A stretch of 64,000 bases of DNA from assembly GCA_043228905.1 (NCBI GenBank), contig JBHGNT010000004.1, positions 4,712,001 to 4,776,000 on the forward strand, given 5' to 3'. The position numbers and the translations under genes are program-made. Below are positions 60,301 through 64,000 of the stretch, one piece after another. Source of the stretch: Azolla caroliniana (lineage: Eukaryota > Plantae > Polypodiophyta). The notes under the pieces were generated by a model. It did not search any database. It was not told where the DNA came from and saw nothing but the letters and a program-made list of their open reading frames with translations. Every line of letters starts with the position of its first letter. Positions within the stretch are counted from its first letter, which is position 1.

Positions 60301-61434
60301 GTGTGCACGAGCTCTAGGGATTGTCGTATTGTCTCGTAGTGGAGAGAGTGCGGACTTCAAGTCTATTTCCCATATCAACAGTGCTCACAAAAGTTCGTAT
60401 TTGCTTGGAGTTTCGGGATGTAGCCTACCAACATTAGCCGATCAAGTCCGGCTTGAGACATATGACCGAATCGGCCATGCCATAGGCTTGGGTCGGTCTT
60501 TTCGGCTACGTTCACGGCCCCTTCTAGATTGATCACCATTAGTGGGTACAGGTTATTGTACTTGTGTGCACTCCCAATTCTGAGATTTCCTCGGTTGATC
60601 ATCCATATCGACTCACTTAGAGTCGTTCTGTACCCGTCTTCGGCTAGCATGCCGATGGAGACCAATTTCCTTTTCAGATCAGGTACGTGCCGAACTCGGT
60701 GCAGGGTTATTGTGTTGTCTTTTGGCAATCGGATGGGAATTTCTCCGGTCCCTACGATTTTGCCCTCTTGCCCGTTGTCTAATCGGATTGTGCTGCTGGC
60801 ATCGGCCGAATAGTTCAAGAACCATTCAATGTTCAGGGTCACATGGAATGTGGCACCGGAATCCAGTAACCATGTGTGTGCATCCTGTGCACTGTAGAGG
60901 ACTTCTCCGATCACGGAATCCTTTAAGGAGAGAATTTCTCCTGATCGGATGATCAGAACATCCTGCATCATCTCCTTCCAAAGTGCAAAATTTTTGCCAT
61001 CGAACTTTCTGATTCCAACTCCTGTTCTGGATGTTGAAGCCATATTTTTCTATGAAAAATGAGATTTTTACTGACCTAGTCTTTTTCTTTTGAGCTTCTT
61101 TTGTTGTTTGTTGCCGAATAGCAAGGACGCTCTGATACCAGTTGAAGAAGGTTTGGTAGGTGTGCGTATGCGGAAGCGTATGAGAACCTGTTAGCGTATG
61201 TTGGAAAACAACACATAAGGGGAGGAAGGCGGAGACTTACACAGAAATGAGCTTTAATTGAAAGCTTTATTACGTTCTCTTTTTTTTCTCTCACAGTCTT
61301 GATACAATGTGTATATATGTCTCTATCTTTCTTTTCAACGTTAGGTTATTGCTTATATTCTAAGCCCTAATTATGTGGATGAGTTCACACTAGGACATAT
61401 ACAAATTGGAGGGAGTCGGGTTTTTATGCCAACA
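57301..61434 (-). mobile_element. Copia element K, degraded, gag largely deleted
   Basis: LTRs 57301-57594 and 61143-61434; TSD ctaac; PBS complement gctctgatacca at ~61129-61140; PPT complement aactcccccgt. Remnant motifs RKFDGKNF, WLLDSGAT, LWHGRFGH, RSDNGGEY, QMDVKT, YVDD and STSGY. Confidence 0.95.
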
Positions 61435-61749
61435 CTAACTGCGACCAAGGAAGATTGAAGAGGGAGTCTGGATGATCATGTATAGTAGTAGTTTTGACAA
61501 TCAACATAGTTTGATGACTATCTATATGTATAAATATAAAAACAACAATATGTTGGGAAACAGGTTCCTCTAGATGGGAAGAGTACAAGCCATATCAAAT
61601 AGAGAGAACTAGAAATTTGATCGAGGCCAAAAATCAAATAATCGAAATCGACAAATCGAATTATCACAAAATATGTGTAGAAATGTTTTAAAATGCATCA
61701 AGGTTGAGAATTAATATTCATAAATCTATGCTCATTCATCTACAAAAAA

Positions 61750-63050
61750 ACATTTGTTAGAGCGGGAGTGGCATGATTTTCCATCACCTTGGATATCTAA
61801 GTTAGGGTGGAAATCTCTCATGCGAAACTTATAGGTTGGGTATCTAAAAATTTGAACGATAAGTTTATGCATTGGATATCTCAATTATCGTCTTTTCATG
61901 TACGACTTAAGGTGGAGATTGTACAACCTTGGATAGATATGTTGGTATACTTTATTGACAAGAAGAGAATTACTCCTGGAAGCATGAAGGTTGAAAGTAA
62001 CTTGAAACTAATTGATGGAATGTTAGTGTTTCTAAAAGACATGATGTGCAAGGTACATGATAGTTAATCATTTGTTGACATTTTGACACAGTATGTTGAG
62101 ATTTGTGCAATGACATCCTTCAAAAGAAAGGGAATGTGTCAATTCATTCCAAATGGAGGTTTTGACAACATCAAGGTTGTAGGGTGGGAAGGTAAACAAC
62201 TTCTTAACCTTTGATTTAATCTGTTGGCTAGATTAGGTTTTGTAACAAAAAAGGATGCTATGTTGGTTTCTCAAAGAACATTAGTGGCTTCCAAACAACA
62301 AGATTAACATTTCTTATTCCAAGAGGCTATAGCATTATTGCAGATAAGTTGCAAGGATTATTATTTTTGCATGACCTAATTCCGCATTTAGATGGTGGAT
62401 CTTAAGACCTTGAGTGGGCTTTTGTTGGAAATAGGAGATTGAGTACGATATCATCAAATGAAGTTTATCACAAGTTTATTCACAAACATAAGTGGATGGA
62501 AGAAAGTGTTATTAAGGTATGGGTTTTTTCACAAGCCCCTTACCTGGTGGTTTCATGTGATCACTACAATTTGATGTTTTCAATCGATGCTATAAGCTAA
62601 GGTATTCATTTGGAATGTTATGGTAGGAGTTTTACAATTGGACAAAAAGAAAATTGTTAGTGGAATGCGCTTCTTTGTTCGATGGAACAGAAACATATTA
62701 GACATCGACTTCTTTCATGTCTGATAGCTACAATGGTTTGGAGGTGTATCAAATTAGTGTGGATGTCTTTGACTAGTGTAAGACTATTTTCATTCAATTG
62801 GTTTTGTGCACATATAGAGAACAATGGAGTGATGGGCCCCATTTCCAAATTATCTTTGAGTTCAATTGGAATACGCAGAATACCTTGGCTTTTGAGTCGC
62901 AAATTGGGGTGAGGAAATATGTTGCAATTGACCAAGTTATAGAAGTTATAGAATCTCAATCATGAAGAGAGTTCATTGTGCAAGGTAACTTATCATTACA
63001 TATAATAGTCATCTAAATTGGTGTGTACGGTGGGATTGAGTTCATCATAT
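61750..63050 (+). mobile_element. Degenerate L1-type LINE ORF2 C-terminal remnant
   Basis: HLGY..GVEIS..LIGWV segment near 61780-61850. FIW.VMVGVL followed by the CCHC-like (C)FFCSMEQKHIRHRLLSCLIATMVW near 62600-62745, resembling the zf-RVT region. Many stops. Confidence 0.6.
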
Positions 63051-63619
63051 TTAGATCCACAATGTGATAAAGTTTGTTAAAGTTATTAATGGTGGTATTT
63101 TTCTTTCTTAATGAAATTTGTTATCTAGGTTGAAAATTAAAAAAGGCTATGTGGAATCTATCCTTGCTGGAAAACATAGTGGGCTTTATATATTCTATGT
63201 ATACATTTTGAACATTCGACAAGTAGACGAACCATGGTTTGACACCATTTACACATTGTATTAGGTAGCTAATTTTTGCATGTTGACATGTGAAAGTGTC
63301 GTTAATTCACATGGCATCTGTTAGTTGAAAAGTCATCATGCTTACACGATACGATGACTTCTCAAGTGGCCTCCGCTTCAACAATGACATTTTATTCCCC
63401 CTACCCCACCCCACCCCCAACCAATATATGACAATCAAGATAATATTATATCTTGGTATTTTATTATGCCTATCTTGGTTCCCACTCTACATCATCAAAC
63501 ATTGTCAAAGAAATGATATGGATATGTCACAATCCATTGAGTGGCTGGCATGGCACTTTTCAAGATGAGTTCCCAATGCGTGGACAAGAGTGCCATACAC
63601 TTTTGGACGAGGACGTTGG

Positions 63620-63945
63620 TTTGATGGCCATTGTGTGGGCACACAAACAAGGAATGGCCAACAGGTGGTCGGAATCTTAATTAGTTGGCCATTCCTTGTG
63701 CCCACACGATGGCCATCGAAATCAATCGGTCATTCCTCGGGCCCGCACGATGGCCATCAGGAACCAGCCGGCCATTCCTCGTGCCCACACGATGGCCAAT
63801 CGAAATCCTTGTGGCCGCGCGATGGCCATCGAAATCAGTCGGCCATTCCTTGTGCCCCCACACAATCAATGGCCAATCGAAATCGGCCGGCCATCCCTTG
63901 TGGCCACACGATGATGGCCATTCGTTGGGCCCGCGCACGATAGCC
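63620..63945. repeat. GC-rich ~41-bp tandem repeat array with an inverted first copy
   Basis: Unit ggccattcctYgtgcccacacgatggccatcgaaatcagcc occurs about 6-7 times from 63687. A reverse-complement copy (ttgatggccattgtgtgggcac...aaggaatggcc) lies at 63621-63659. Confidence 0.9.
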
Positions 63946-64000
63946 ATCAAAATAATGGGGGCGGTCATTCCTGTGGTCACAAACGAATCTTGAGGCCTGG

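Noticed and set aside
57150-61499. Possible extra solo LTR (tgtca...tgaca) hosting Copia K
   Set aside because: Flanks do not form a TSD and there is no second copy in the window.

Overview
Eukaryotic nuclear DNA, most likely a moss (inferred from intron style, plant-type SPT4 and beta-carbonic anhydrase exon structures, and bryophyte-type LTR lineages). I assembled three spliced minus-strand genes by hand. (1) A multi-ubiquitin-like-domain gene that runs off the left edge. (2) A complete 5-exon SPT4 gene (114 aa) with a 4-kb first intron and a non-autonomous Mutator-like element about 200 bp upstream of its ATG. (3) A complete 8-exon beta-carbonic-anhydrase-like gene (326 aa) with a rewired active site and an added N-terminal coiled coil. 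More than half of the window is two deep nests of LTR retrotransposons (16.3-28.7 kb and 37.7-61.4 kb), resolved here by LTR pairs, PBS/PPT and TSDs. They include a very young intact Copia with non-matching flanks and tRNA-Trp-primed Gypsy elements with 4-bp TSDs and a candidate -1 frameshift after the protease. The best candidates for something new are the putative beta-CA pseudo-enzyme and antisense tRNA-like Pol III A/B-box modules near the 5' end of LTRs in two unrelated Gypsy lineages. A perfect 43-bp hairpin is also noted. No database searches were run; family assignments come from motif recall.
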